Position numbers and translations under genes: made by a program
Source of the DNA: a virus
Length of the DNA: 64,000 bases
Strand: one strand, 5' to 3'
Virus record (IMG/VR): IMGVR_UViG_3300030012_001865
Coordinates: 1-64,000 of that record
The notes under the pieces: generated by a model
Told to the model about the DNA's origin: nothing
The model's input: the letters and a program-made list of their open reading frames with translations, nothing else
Database searches by the model: none
Shown: positions 7,051-19,200 of the stretch, piece after piece
Numbering within the stretch: position 1 is the first letter of the stretch
Layout: each line of letters opens with the position of its first letter

Positions 7051-9281
7051 TTCTTTAATACTTTTGTAGTGCTTGTATTACCATCATATGTTACACTAAA
7101 ATTATATATACCTGCAGGTAGTAAACTTACATCTAATTGATTTAATCCTTTTGTAGTATGTTTTTCTTTAACTTGTATTACAAGTTTACCTGATATATCA
7201 TATACCTCTATACCTACAGGACCGTTTGTTAATATGTTTAACATATCACCCATAGGATTAGGATACATAACTATATTGTGCCCTCTTAGTAAATCTCTTG
7301 TATCTAATGGACTATCCCAAGAACAACTCCAATATATTTGTTGACATTTGTCATCCCATTCGTTATTACAACAATAAGGATCTATCATAATAACCCAAGC
7401 GTAACATGTATCATTTAGCCAGTATGGTATACCAGGTCCATCAATACAGCCTGCATCATATAAACACTCTGCTTCTGTATTAGCAAACACATCGTAGTTA
7501 TAAGCACTTGCATCCATACAACCTTCTACTATTAACTCACACTCATCTTCAGCATTAGCTAGTGGATCATAATTAAACGCTGTACTATCCATACAGCCAT
7601 ATATAAATGGTACACAACTAAAATCTTCTGTATTAGCCTCTTCATTATAGTTAAATGCTTCTGGGTCAGTACAACCTAGAACTGTAATAAAACAAGAACC
7701 ATTATCAACGTTAGCTATAGGATCATAGTTATCAGCTAAAGTATCCATACAACCAAAATACAAACAAGACCCGTCTTCTGTATTAGCAGCAAAGTTATAG
7801 TTCCATGCTATTTCATCCATGCAACCAACAACTACTGCTACACAACTTTCGTCATCTACATTAGCAAGTGAGTCATAGTTAAATGCGAAGGGTGAGGTAC
7901 AACCTTCTACTATTTCAATACAAGAACCGTCATCGGTGTTTGCGTCAGAGTTATAGTTCAAAGCTTGTTCATCCAAGCACCCGTATACTTTAGGTATGCA
8001 ATAATCTCCACAAAATGGAAGAGCATTGTACACATACCAAAACGGCGGCTTGTAAGGTTTAAGTGCTCCCTGCCCATTATTAGAAAATGGGAACACACCA
8101 CCTTGAAGTGTTACATCACCGTTTGAGTTAATAAGTCTAAATGAGTTATGCATAGTCTGGAATGCAACTTCTGCAGGAGGAGTTTGCGGACTAGCTATTT
8201 CAAAGTAATATACTTTAACAGGTTTATCTGTTTCTAGTGTTATACCAAACTCTTGTGAGTAAGAGCCAGGTCCCATAGTATATGTACCAAGAATACTATC
8301 TTCTTGTACTACACCTATGTAGCAATCACCCCAACCGTCACCACCATCATCTTCTATAACAAGAGTGTAGTTACATGTAGGTACAATTTCGTTTAGTGTA
8401 GCTTGTGGATTAAAGTTAAATGCATTAGGGTTTATACATCCTAGTGTGTGTAATGTTTCACAGCTGCCATCATCAAAGTTAGCGCCTGGGTTGAACTCTA
8501 TATATGTATTGTTAGTACAACCTTCTACTATAGGTAAATCACATTGCTCTAACCATATAGGGCCAGAGTATGCAGCGTTACCAAAACCTGGTTCTGGTAA
8601 AGCCCATAGTGTGTCTAAACTACCACATGGTTCTGCATCACCAAGTATAATAAAGTCTCCATCTGTACCACCGAACAAAGATCCTTCTAAACCGTCACCG
8701 TATGTATCACTTAGTATAAGTTCTACACCTGTTTCAGGTACACATAAATCATATATAATAGTTTGATTAGCTTCTTCATAAGAATACTCACCAGCTGTAA
8801 CACTTTCTACAGGTTGTCCGTTAGACAGATCTGTTAGTATCCAACCTGTCTCACCAGGGTATTGATCTAGTGTAAGTTTAAAAATCATTTTAGCTTCTCC
8901 GTCAGAGCAGCTTATACCTACACAGCTGTTGTCATCAACTTGCGCCCAAGGATTAAAGTTAGGCGCCTCTGGGTTAGTGCATCCAAATACAGGATACTCA
9001 CATGTACCATCATTAAAGTTTGCTTCAGGTACATAGTTTAAAGCCAACATGTCTGTACAGCCTGGTACAGTATCTATAGGTAATGGGCAGTCTTCTGCAT
9101 CATACCCAAACTCTTCACAGTTAAAATCTATTACGTTTCCGTTCCATGTGTATGAACCGTCATCGCAAAAACCATCACCTAACCAAGCAGTAGGTGCAAC
9201 TGTTCCAAAGCAATCTAGAATAGTATCTTGTGCTGTAACTGTTAGACTTAAAACTAGAAATAAATAAAGTAATTTTCTCAT
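7047..9281 (-). CDS. T9SS (type A CTD) secreted Cys-repeat surface protein
   Basis: Signal peptide ...LTVTA|QD; LNR/Notch-like module WLGDGFCDD...NCEEFGYDAEDC; ~11 GCxD/N..A.NY...A..DDGSC repeats; C-terminal YPNP...IEVYDISGKLV...LDVSLLPAGIY...KVLKK. Confidence 0.88.
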   Translation of the reverse strand: MRKLLYLFLVLSLTVTAQDTILDCFGTVAPTAWLGDGFCDDGSYTWNGNVIDFNCEEFGYDAEDCPLPIDTVPGCTDMLALNYVPEANFNDGTCEYPVFGCTNPEAPNFNPWAQVDDNSCVGISCSDGEAKMIFKLTLDQYPGETGWILTDLSNGQPVESVTAGEYSYEEANQTIIYDLCVPETGVELILSDTYGDGLEGSLFGGTDGDFIILGDAEPCGSLDTLWALPEPGFGNAAYSGPIWLEQCDLPIVEGCTNNTYIEFNPGANFDDGSCETLHTLGCINPNAFNFNPQATLNEIVPTCNYTLVIEDDGGDGWGDCYIGVVQEDSILGTYTMGPGSYSQEFGITLETDKPVKVYYFEIASPQTPPAEVAFQTMHNSFRLINSNGDVTLQGGVFPFSNNGQGALKPYKPPFWYVYNALPFCGDYCIPKVYGCLDEQALNYNSDANTDDGSCIEIVEGCTSPFAFNYDSLANVDDESCVAVVVGCMDEIAWNYNFAANTEDGSCLYFGCMDTLADNYDPIANVDNGSCFITVLGCTDPEAFNYNEEANTEDFSCVPFIYGCMDSTAFNYDPLANAEDECELIVEGCMDASAYNYDVFANTEAECLYDAGCIDGPGIPYWLNDTCYAWVIMIDPYCCNNEWDDKCQQIYWSCSWDSPLDTRDLLRGHNIVMYPNPMGDMLNILTNGPVGIEVYDISGKLVIQVKEKHTTKGLNQLDVSLLPAGIYNFSVTYDGNTSTTKVLKK
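7460..7985 (-). repeat. Tandem block of 7 GCxD..A.NY..AN.DDGSC coding repeats
   Basis: Visible in the translation; units about 24-26 aa, diverged at DNA level. Confidence 0.85.
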
Positions 9282-9463
9282 TTCTTTTTTCGTCTAGTAG
9301 TTCTTTTCTTTGCTGGTCTTTTCTTTGCAGTCTTTGCAGCACGTTTAAAGTTAGCCGCTGTAGGAGCTCCCTTGCTCCCAGGCTTTCTCATTTTTTCTCC
9401 ACTACCTGCTTTTATTCTTTTTCTTTTAGCGTGGATGTTTGCGTATAGTCCTCGTTTTGCCAT
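9278..9463 (-). CDS. Small very basic protein
   Basis: 61 aa, MAKRGLYANIHAKRKRIKAGSGEKMRKPGSKGAPT...; K/R-rich with almost no acidic residues. Confidence 0.75.
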   Translation of the reverse strand: MAKRGLYANIHAKRKRIKAGSGEKMRKPGSKGAPTAANFKRAAKTAKKRPAKKRTTRRKKK

Positions 9464-9467
9464 AATC

Positions 9468-9680
9468 TTATTTTTTAGCGAATTTTTCTACACCTGAGAT
9501 TCCAAAACAGCCAAGCACTACCCATACAAATGAATCATATACAAACTCATTTATTACAAGGTCAGCGCCTACCCATCCTGTTACTAGATCAGCTACCATA
9601 ATCATACACATAACCGCAAAGGCTATAAACCCTACGATAGCTTTTTCATTCCAGTTGTTGTTGTCTTTAAAAATTTCCAT
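9468..9680 (-). CDS. Small two-TM membrane protein (holin-like)
   Basis: 70 aa, two hydrophobic helices, ends GISGVEKFAKK. Confidence 0.7.
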   Translation of the reverse strand: MEIFKDNNNWNEKAIVGFIAFAVMCMIMVADLVTGWVGADLVINEFVYDSFVWVVLGCFGISGVEKFAKK

Positions 9681-9838
9681 TAATACTTTTTCTTAACCAT
9701 TTTAAGTCCTTTCTTAGCTTTTCTAGGTTTCATAACCTTGGCTCCTTTTTTAGCATATCCCATTTTGTTACGAACTGCTTTAGGTAATTTTCTTAAGCCT
9801 TTACCTTTCTTACCTGCTGGTGCTTTTTTCATTGCCAT
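9680..9838 (-). CDS. Small very basic protein, 52 aa (not in ORF track)
   Basis: MAMKKAPAGKKGKGLRKLPKAVRNKMGYAKKGAKVMKPRKAKKGLKMVKKKY*; stop overlaps the next ATG (TAATG). Confidence 0.75.
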   Translation of the reverse strand: MAMKKAPAGKKGKGLRKLPKAVRNKMGYAKKGAKVMKPRKAKKGLKMVKKKY

Positions 9839-9956
9839 AATCTTGTTGTTTTAATTTTTTACGATTGTACTTTTTTTTATTTTTCTGAACTTTTGGAGAT
9901 GTTTGTTCCCAGATCTCGTCAGGCGTCAGATTTACCCATTTATAATTCTTACTCAT
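9810..9956 (-). CDS. Small basic protein, 48 aa (not in ORF track)
   Basis: MSKNYKWVNLTPDEIWEQTSPKVQKNKKKYNRKKLKQQDYGNEKSTSR*; fills the operon gap and overlaps both neighbours. Confidence 0.6.
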   Translation of the reverse strand: MSKNYKWVNLTPDEIWEQTSPKVQKNKKKYNRKKLKQQDYGNEKSTSR

Positions 9957-10236
9957 AATACGCTAATACTGATCCACTATCTAATTCTATAGACTGAAAC
10001 TTTCCATATATTGTAGTTCCTGCTGTTATAGTAAAATCAGCGACATCTTCTATAAAAGACATGTCACATTCACTAGCATCTACCACTGCAGTAGTTAATG
10101 CAGTTATTGCACAGAAAGGTCCTGTATGCTCAACAGTGTCATCTATTAATATTACTTTAGTATTTGATCCCATAGTCCTAGAAAGCATTGTATGCAATCC
10201 AGCTATTTGTTTTGATAAATCTCTATTTCTATCCAT
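9949..10236 (-). CDS. Hypothetical small beta-rich (possibly structural) protein
   Basis: ORF track; ends AGTTIYGKFQSIELDSGSVLAY. Confidence 0.75.
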   Translation of the reverse strand: MDRNRDLSKQIAGLHTMLSRTMGSNTKVILIDDTVEHTGPFCAITALTTAVVDASECDMSFIEDVADFTITAGTTIYGKFQSIELDSGSVLAYYE

Positions 10237-10248
10237 TTTATTTTATTT

Positions 10249-13200
10249 TTAACATGTTCTACAATATTCAGCATTACATAAAGCTGATAATTTTTCTTTA
10301 TACTTTTCATATTTAGTTTGATTCATCTCTTCTTTAGAAGCTATCAATCCTTTATATAATGCATATATTTCTAAAGCTTCATCCGCTTGTTGGCTTTCAC
10401 AATTAGAGAGGTCTAATGCAAATAACTTTTCTTGTACACATTTTAAGAATACCCCTTCTACACAAGATCCATCATCAACTGTAGCTAATGGATTATAGTT
10501 AGAAGATGTTCTATCTGTACAGCCGTATACTTCGTTTTTAATCTGGAAAGGATAAGCTTTTATAGATGAAGTATTGTAAGGATAAGTTATTATTCTAGAG
10601 TATAAAATTATTCCGTTTTCATCTATAATTTCAAATTTATAAGAACCGTTTACTGTAGATCTAGTTGGTTGAGTGTTTCTACTTCCTACAACAAACTTGG
10701 ACATTAAAACATATCTATCATATCCTTTTACAATAATGTATTCGGTTGCAATTGAATCATCAACCAAATCGTCATTAGATATATCAGCAACTATTTTACT
10801 AGACTGCGCATCTACAATACGAATAGAATTACCTCCAGTTAAACTTAAAGTTTCGCCTGGCTCAGTTGAAATCTTAAACATAATTTTAGTACTTGCATCA
10901 TTATCTAAACTAGTTGCAATATTACATCTAGGAGAATCTACAAAAGTAATACCTTCTAATCCACATCCTACACTACAGTTTGGAGAGTTTGGATTAGTTG
11001 TAAAAGTATTATCAGACCCTAAGTTTAATAAAGTTCCTGTTCCTAGTCCAGTAGCTCCATAGTAAATACTGTGAAGTATATTAGTACCATTTCTAATATT
11101 GATAGTTACATTTTCAAATCTAGGATGTTGTTCAAATCCAATAGGTAAGAAATAGTAACATCCTGAACCTTCTAAAGTATCATAGTAAACTTTAGAATCA
11201 TCTTGTGTTTCCATATATTCACCTAGTGTAGGATCATACTGTCTAGATAAAACCACAAGGTTATCATGATTATATATAATCCATTCTTGAGGCATTATAG
11301 TTGAAGAGTAATTATTAAAATTATATCCATTAATTACACTGTCTCGATATATAGTCTCAATATTAAATCCTGTTTGAACCTCTGTTACAGGCTCTATACA
11401 TACTGTATTTGGATCAGTTAAGTACTGACAGTATTGACACTCAGGTGCTTCGTTTACATAACTTAAAGCTTGAGGGTCACAACATACTGGAGTCTCTACC
11501 ACATTAAAACAAGGAGGGAATTCGCATTCATATCCTGTAGAAGAACATTCTTGGCACGGTCCTAAATTTGCAGGATCTACACCATTTAAAGCTTCTGGGA
11601 AATCAGTGCTGCAACATACCTGCTCTAACTGAGGAGGACAGAACTCACACATATCTTCAGAAGGATAACAATCTAAAGTATCTTGAGGTGCTGACATGTC
11701 TAAAGTTTGTGTAGCAGGATCCCAGTTAGGACACTCTGATAGTTGTTGCAAATTATAGTTAAGAGCGTTAGGATTTGTACATACAGGTATACTTGGAATT
11801 TCTTCTTCATCACAAAGTCCATCACAATCAGCATCTCTATTACCGATACAGAATGCATTGGATACATCTATCTCAGTTGCTATTTGCACACCTGCCTCTG
11901 CAGTATTATATATAACATAATAAACAACTGATAAATGAACTCCATTAGGTTCAGCAGCCCATACGGAATGATCATCTACATGATAAACTGGTTCATATAA
12001 AGTTATACCAGGCAATGGGTAAACGTCCATATCGTAATTACCAGTGGTTTGATCATACTTTAATTCTCCTACTCTTCTCATCTCAAAGTTTAGTGCATTT
12101 GGACAACTTTCACCTGGTACATGAACATCTCCATAATTTGGATGCGCTGGATCTGGAATCATTGCTTCAGCACTTCTTGTTGAATGTATCATAAAGTTGA
12201 CACTTTCAGAAGTCCAACCAGTACCATCCGATATAGCTCTTTCTCCTGTTCTAGGATTTAAAATTATTAGACTTGTTGCTCCTGCAGGTAAATTAACTGC
12301 TGCTTGCTGGAACATAGTATGGACTGGATAACCTGATGCTCCTCCTCTAAATATTCCAAAGGATGGATTAAACTGGTCGTTCTGTTCCGTACTATAAAAC
12401 ATTCCATCTTCTCTTACTTCAAAAGCAACAACGTTGTTACTTGTAATATTATTACTAATAGCTCCATAAGTAGAAGAAGTTATTGTCTCGTCAATTTCAG
12501 ATCCATCAACTTCATAGTCATGGAAGTTATGAGCATAGAAAGGAGGATAGAAATAAATTCTTGTTTGAGATAGACCACCATTTATTTCTGGGAAAGGAGA
12601 TAGACGCTGAACCATTCCTTCAAAGTGATCAAACTTATTATATCTACCTACGTTACCACCAAAGATAAAGTAACCAGGAACAGGTAATACTTTATTAACA
12701 TCTTTTTCAATATCAAATACATTAACCATAAGATTAGTCCAAACATCAACATCGCTTCTAAACTCATTCCAACGGTACATGCTTCTAACTCCAAACATCC
12801 AATTCTTATTATTATCAATTCCCCAATCTTGAGGAAAGAAAACATCTACAGATCCGTCTACTAAACCATCTCCCCAATAAATAGCTGCGCCACATAGTGA
12901 GCTTCCACCATTATTATATACAAAATCATCGCATGTTGGCCACTCGCCTTCTACTTCATACTGACAAGAACCATCATCAACATTTGCCAAAGGGTTGTAA
13001 TTTAAAGCGTCTGGGTCCATACAACCTGGAATAGGCATAATACAAGAACCGTCATCTACGTTAGCTAGTGGATTGTAATTTATTGCCTCAGGATTTGTAC
13101 AACCATAGATAGGTTCAAAATCATTTTCACAAGAACAAGTATCTCCAACTACTGTTGGGAATAATTGATTACCAAATTCATCAAGACCACACTCTACTCC

Positions 13201-16200
13201 ACAACAAGGATCTAATTGCATACAGCCTCCATTACAAGAATTTGTACTTTGGTTTACACACGAAAAACATTCACCATATACGTGAGGACAAGCCTCAGCA
13301 TTAGTTAAATGTACTCCATCGACAATTACAGCTACTCCCTCATCATAGGCTAACTGTTGACAATATGAAGTATAGTCACATGAACCATCATTTATTGTAG
13401 CAGTAGGATCGTAGTTACATGCTGCTGGGTCTGTACATCCTGCACATGATTCGTAATCACACTCACACGGATGTCCTTGAATAGTAACAAAACTAGGAGT
13501 CTGAGGATGACCGCCATCACCAGGAGGAGTTCCTGGATTAATCACATACTGATTACATTCATAAGTGTGCGCTGGATCATAGTATTGACACGAGTTAGGG
13601 TCTGTACAACCATAACAAGAATAATCACAGCAAGAACCGTCTTCACATTTTACAGGAACAACCCCTTCAGGAATTACTACGTTATCACTTTGATAATAAT
13701 TACAAGCAAAAGAATCAAAACAAAAGCCTTGTTCGTTATATTCACAACAATCAGGATCGCAAGGAATAGTCGCATTAGGATCATAATTTGTTGCTAACGG
13801 ATCCATACAACCTTTACAATATCCCTCTTCTAAGCCTGTACCCCCTCCAACACATCCACATCCTTGCGGGTCGTCGTAAGCAGGTGTACCATTAAGATCA
13901 TTTACACAATCTCCATTACAGTCAAAGAAATAATCAAATTTATTACCATACTGATCTTCACCTCCACAATCACATTGTACTTGATCTTCCCAAGTTGTTA
14001 TACCTGGATAGAAAGTATTGTTTACTGCTATATAAGAATTATGCGCTACTTCCGAATTAACACATGCACCAGTACAATAGTCTAGGAAAGGCTGAGTATT
14101 GAACATACCTGGCGGTACATACGGACTATAACCCGCTCCTGCTGGATTGGTGTTTTGCCATTGAACACCTGTATTAGGATAACACTGTCCGTCACACCCT
14201 ATGATATGATTACAAGGATCGTATGATCCTGTTTGATTATTACCAATACAATAATCACATGGGTTAGGACCGTTTGGATCTGGCTCAAGAACATAGCACA
14301 TTGCTGGATATGAACAAGCTCCGTACTGAGTCCCTATAGAGCTTATTAGATTCGCCAGATATGGATGATCACAAAGAAATGTTGCCGTATCTGGATTTCC
14401 AAGACCATCTCCATTTGCATCTAAATAGAATGTCGATACTGTACAGTCAGCACAATACATTGGATCTCCAGGACATTTTCCTGCACAATCTTCTTCAGCC
14501 TCTGAACAGTTAACTTGTTTAAGTCCTGTAAGAGCAGAGTGATCTAATCGTCCCCATTTCTGTCCGCTTCTAGTATTGTCTGGTATAAGTATACCAGTAG
14601 TAGCGTCTTCATTGTAAGCACAGAAATATCTTGGTTCTGTAGACATTCTAAAAGCGTCTTCTGTTACATCACTATAAGTAATTTCTCCTGAATCGTTTAT
14701 AGAAGCTGTTTGATAAGTGTAGTCAAATATTTCATGGTACAATCTAAGTAAAGATGATGTTTGAGAAGGGTCTGTGTTAGTTGGAAGACTAACACCGCAA
14801 TCACAATAATATTGGCCCTCAGGTGATCCATTAACTTCACTATAAGAAACGCCCGAACTAGGAACTACAAAAGCTGGATCAATAGTTCCTTGTATAACTT
14901 CTATTGTTTCTCCGTCTATAGTATATATATCTGTTAAAGTTGTATCATAATTACATCCGCAAGGCGTACTTACATAGACTGCTCCTTCACAATCACAATA
15001 GACGCTTGCAAATTCTGGTTTAACATCAGTTGAATTACATTCACAATATGTAGGTTGTGGTGTTCCGTTGCAGTCGCAGTAACCTAACATAGGAGTGTTG
15101 TTTTGTGCTCCGTCGCATTCACACGTAGGTCCTTCTGGAGATTCACATAATGTCGCATCAAAAACAATAGTAGACCCTTCAGGTAACCCTTCTGGGGCAA
15201 CATAATTACAAGCAGCACTATCTCCACATAATCTAAATTGACATTTACTATTGTCAATAAGTGCAGCAGGAAAATCAGGATCTTCTACAGAACTATCATA
15301 ATTATGTGCTAATGTATGTCCGCAAACACTACATGAATAGTTCCATTCAGCACTGTCTGGTTTCATACAAACTCCACATAAATCTCTTCTGTTTCCTGTA
15401 CCACACCCACAGTCATCATAGTTATATACACAAGAGTTATCATCTATATCAGCTTGAGGATTATAATTACAGGTTAGGTATCCAGCATCTGGATTTCCAG
15501 GATCGGTACATCCATATATTATAATTTCTTGATTTGTTATCTCTCTTACATTATATACAACAGGATTAAAAAATTGCTGATAAACATTTATTTCTGGACT
15601 ACTTGTGTCCCCATCCCATCCAAAAAGAATGTCACCATTGTTTTGTTTATATGTATTCCAATCAGAAGCAAAAGTATAACTATTTAAATTATAGCCTTGA
15701 ACTGTTCTTGAAATACCTCTACCTATACTTCTTTCAGTTTCTATAATTTTTCCTAAAGTAGGAACATATCCTGCAGTTGAAGAAATTAGAATATCTCCAG
15801 CTGCATCTTTAAATATTCCAGAAACCCATATATTATTAAAGTCATTATTAAATGCATTAGTACTAGAATTTGCGTTAACGTTTAACCCAAAATAATTAGT
15901 TTCTTGGGTTGGGTCTATATCGTCTATAGCAAAATGCTGTCCAGCAATAGAACCAAGCTCATAGTCAGCCCCTCCTATATTAACAACTTCAGTAAGGTAA
16001 CAATATATACCAGTACCAGCTAATGTATTTGCCTCAATGTCTTCTATAAATGCAGTAAAATCAAATTTTAAAATTCTATTAGCTACAGGAATAGCGGCTT
16101 CCATTGTAATTGCTAAACTGTTCCCTGAAGAATTAGTATATTTTCTTCCTGAGTAAGTAGTTTCAACTAAAATTATATACTGACTACCGTCTTCTGCTAT

Positions 16201-19200
16201 TTTAGAAAATACAGCATCTGTATATAAAGCACTGTTGCCATAATTTGCACCTATAGTTGTAAGGTCATAATTTATACCGCAACTTCTAGTAGGTGTTACA
16301 TTGTGGTATATAAGTTCTCCAGCGTTTGTATTTTTATTACCGCCAGGATAACCTTGCATACCCCAATCACCATTACTTGCTATACCATTATTAAGATAAT
16401 CTATTTTATTATCATGTACACCTGGTGAAATATCACAAGCTTTATAATCATATAAAAGTTTTAAATTTGAAAATCCTGTTCGATCGAGAATTTCATGTAT
16501 AAATATTCTACCTTTCCAAATAGTAAACATATGTCTACTATCTTCACTAATAGTAGTAAAAGTATTTTGCATTTGGTTTTTATCCCACAATCTGTGAACT
16601 TCGCTCTCACTCCCTTCTAAGCGAGGAAAATTTAATCCGTCACTATATATAGGTCTTGAAGGATCTGAGAAAGGGACCATAATACCTGTTACAGTTCCGT
16701 TGTCAATGTAAAATACTTTTAATTGTAAAGTACCATTAAAACCTTCTATATACTTTTTACGACTTCCTCCACCATCGTTAAGACTTGCATACCGTTCTCC
16801 AGGGTAAGATCCTAAACAAAATGTTAGAGCTCCTACATAAGCTCCATCCGCAGCAGTTTTTGGAAAATTAAATACATTATAAAAGTCTTCATTTACAAAA
16901 CGATCTTCTCCTCCTTGAGCTTTAAGATCACGGCTAGGGCCTCCACCTAAACCTGTAAAATTACTACTTACTTTACTGTCGTCATTAGCTGGTGTAAAAT
17001 ATTTTTGGCCATCAGCTACTCCTGAAAGAAGTAAATTATTATTATTAAAAATACATTGGGTATCACTAACAGCGGTACCTTTCATAAAATCTATTTCAAC
17101 TGCTCTAAGTTGAGTTCTATTATAAGTATCCTGATTAAATCCTTCACCTCCGAACGTGTGTAGAAATATAACAACTCCTTTACTTGCTCTTGAGTCAAAT
17201 CCAAATGCAATATTTTGTTGGGTATTTCTTAAACCACTTATATATACTTGGTCCTCGCTAACATCAGCAATACTACCATTTATATATGTACTTGGGTCAT
17301 ATGCTATAGCAGGACTGTTAGGGTTCAAAGGCACCTTACTAGCCATAGATGTTCGATATATTTCGCTACCTGTTCTATCAAATATAACTAAGTCTCTACC
17401 GCCTCTTCCAGTAAAATCGTAAGCTGAATAAGTTAGTATATGATCAAATTCAGAGCTACCTAAACATGTTTCTGTTTCTTCACTAGGAACCGCAAGAGGA
17501 TCACAAATACGTTGCTCTTGAACTATAAACAGCCCATTACCCGCGTCATCTGTAAGTATTCCACTTTGTAGCATTTTTTCTCTATGCCCAAAAGCAGATA
17601 ACTCATTAGTTTTATTTATAGAGTACCCTGCTATTCCTGGCATACCATACTCATGAGTAATATTACTTAATGGAGTAAATGATTTAAAAGAGTATTCACT
17701 ATCAGTGTGATCTATACGTTCTACAAGTTTATCAGGGAAAACAAATTTATTAACTCTTCCGTAGGCACTAAAAGTTGTAACTACGTCAAATAAATTTGGA
17801 AGTTGGAATTCTGGATCTAGCAGCAGTACATTTTCTAATAAAGGAAGTTCTACTTTATTTTGTATAGCTTTTAAATCTAAATTAACTCCAGTAGAATTAT
17901 ATAATAAAGATACAGTAGAATCTAATAACGTTGCACTTAAAGTACTATTCATAGAAGCAGCTACTAAAGCATTTCCTTTCATAAAAAAGTTAGGTTCTAC
18001 ACCAGCACTATTAGAAAGTTCTATAATACTTTCAAGTATATTGTCTATAGGTAATATTTGATTACCTTCTTTAATTGTATACTTATATACTTTATTAAAC
18101 TCATCTACTGGGTCATATGCAATTACAAACATATATTGACCGCTTCTAGAAAATTCAATATCTATCGGGCTTCTATCGATTCCATCAGTACCTAAGCCGA
18201 CAGGAAGATGTTCTAAATATCCTAAATGTGTATCTCCTATAGAGTTTTCTGCATAATTACTATCAAAAGTATTAGGAACAAAAGTACACTGTACCCTATC
18301 CCATTCCATAAGAATAATACCCCATTGAGTAGTCATAGCTACTAAACCAAATCTAGAAAGCTCATCTTGTATAATAAATTTTGTAAAAACAGCACCATCT
18401 ATACCTTCTTGAGCTACATTAGTATCTAAAAGTTTAGTTGTAGGGTTCCATTTTTTAGTTTGTATATCAGATATTTGAGTAAACCCTTTATCTCCTGTAA
18501 AAGGAAATTCATATATACCCCAAGAGTTATCAAATGTTGCAGAGTTATCACTATCTGGATAAGCATCTTTATCTCCACTAGAAGTTACTTGGTAATTTTC
18601 ATACTGTTCTACAGTCAAAGAATCTATCTCAGCATTTCCACCGTATAATGGAAGTTGTTCAGAAATATCTAAATTACCAGAAATATTCATAATTACTAAC
18701 TCTTTCCTATTGTTAATAATTACTGCAGAATATCCTGTATTTACAAAAGAGTGATGTTTAAAAGTTACAAAAGCAATGTTAGAATTAGTTGCGACAGCTG
18801 CAGAGTTTTGATCTTTTCCTTCTATATTTAAAGAAAGCTCTGTGTCATCTAACTTATAAGAACTAAATTCAGAAAAATTACCAGAAGCAGATCCAAGAGC
18901 GTCATCACAGGGTTGTATAACTTCTCCATTATCTAAATAATTATCGCGCTCTGTAGATAATTTAAATATTCCTAAATTAGGAAGTTCGTTAGTATTAGAA
19001 TAATAAGTACTTATTACTAAAAATTCTTTATCATTTAACTTAGCTCCAACTAAATCTTTTGAAACTAAGTCAGAAGTATATGTAAATTGTTCTCCATAAC
19101 TATGAGGAGTTCCTGTAAATGTAGGTATAGATGTGTAACTACTATTAAGTTTATAACCAAGAACATCAGTAAAAACTAGTCGTTCTGTATTAGTTTTATA

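Noticed and set aside
9841-9939. Apparent TGA-interrupted ORF (MGKSDA*)
   Set aside because: A different frame gives an uninterrupted 48-aa ORF (9810-9956)
7460-15515. Cys repeats as a CRISPR array or as DGR template/variable repeats
   Set aside because: The repeats are in-frame protein repeats with synonymous divergence; I see no identical DNA repeats with spacers, no adenine-specific pair and no reverse transcriptase
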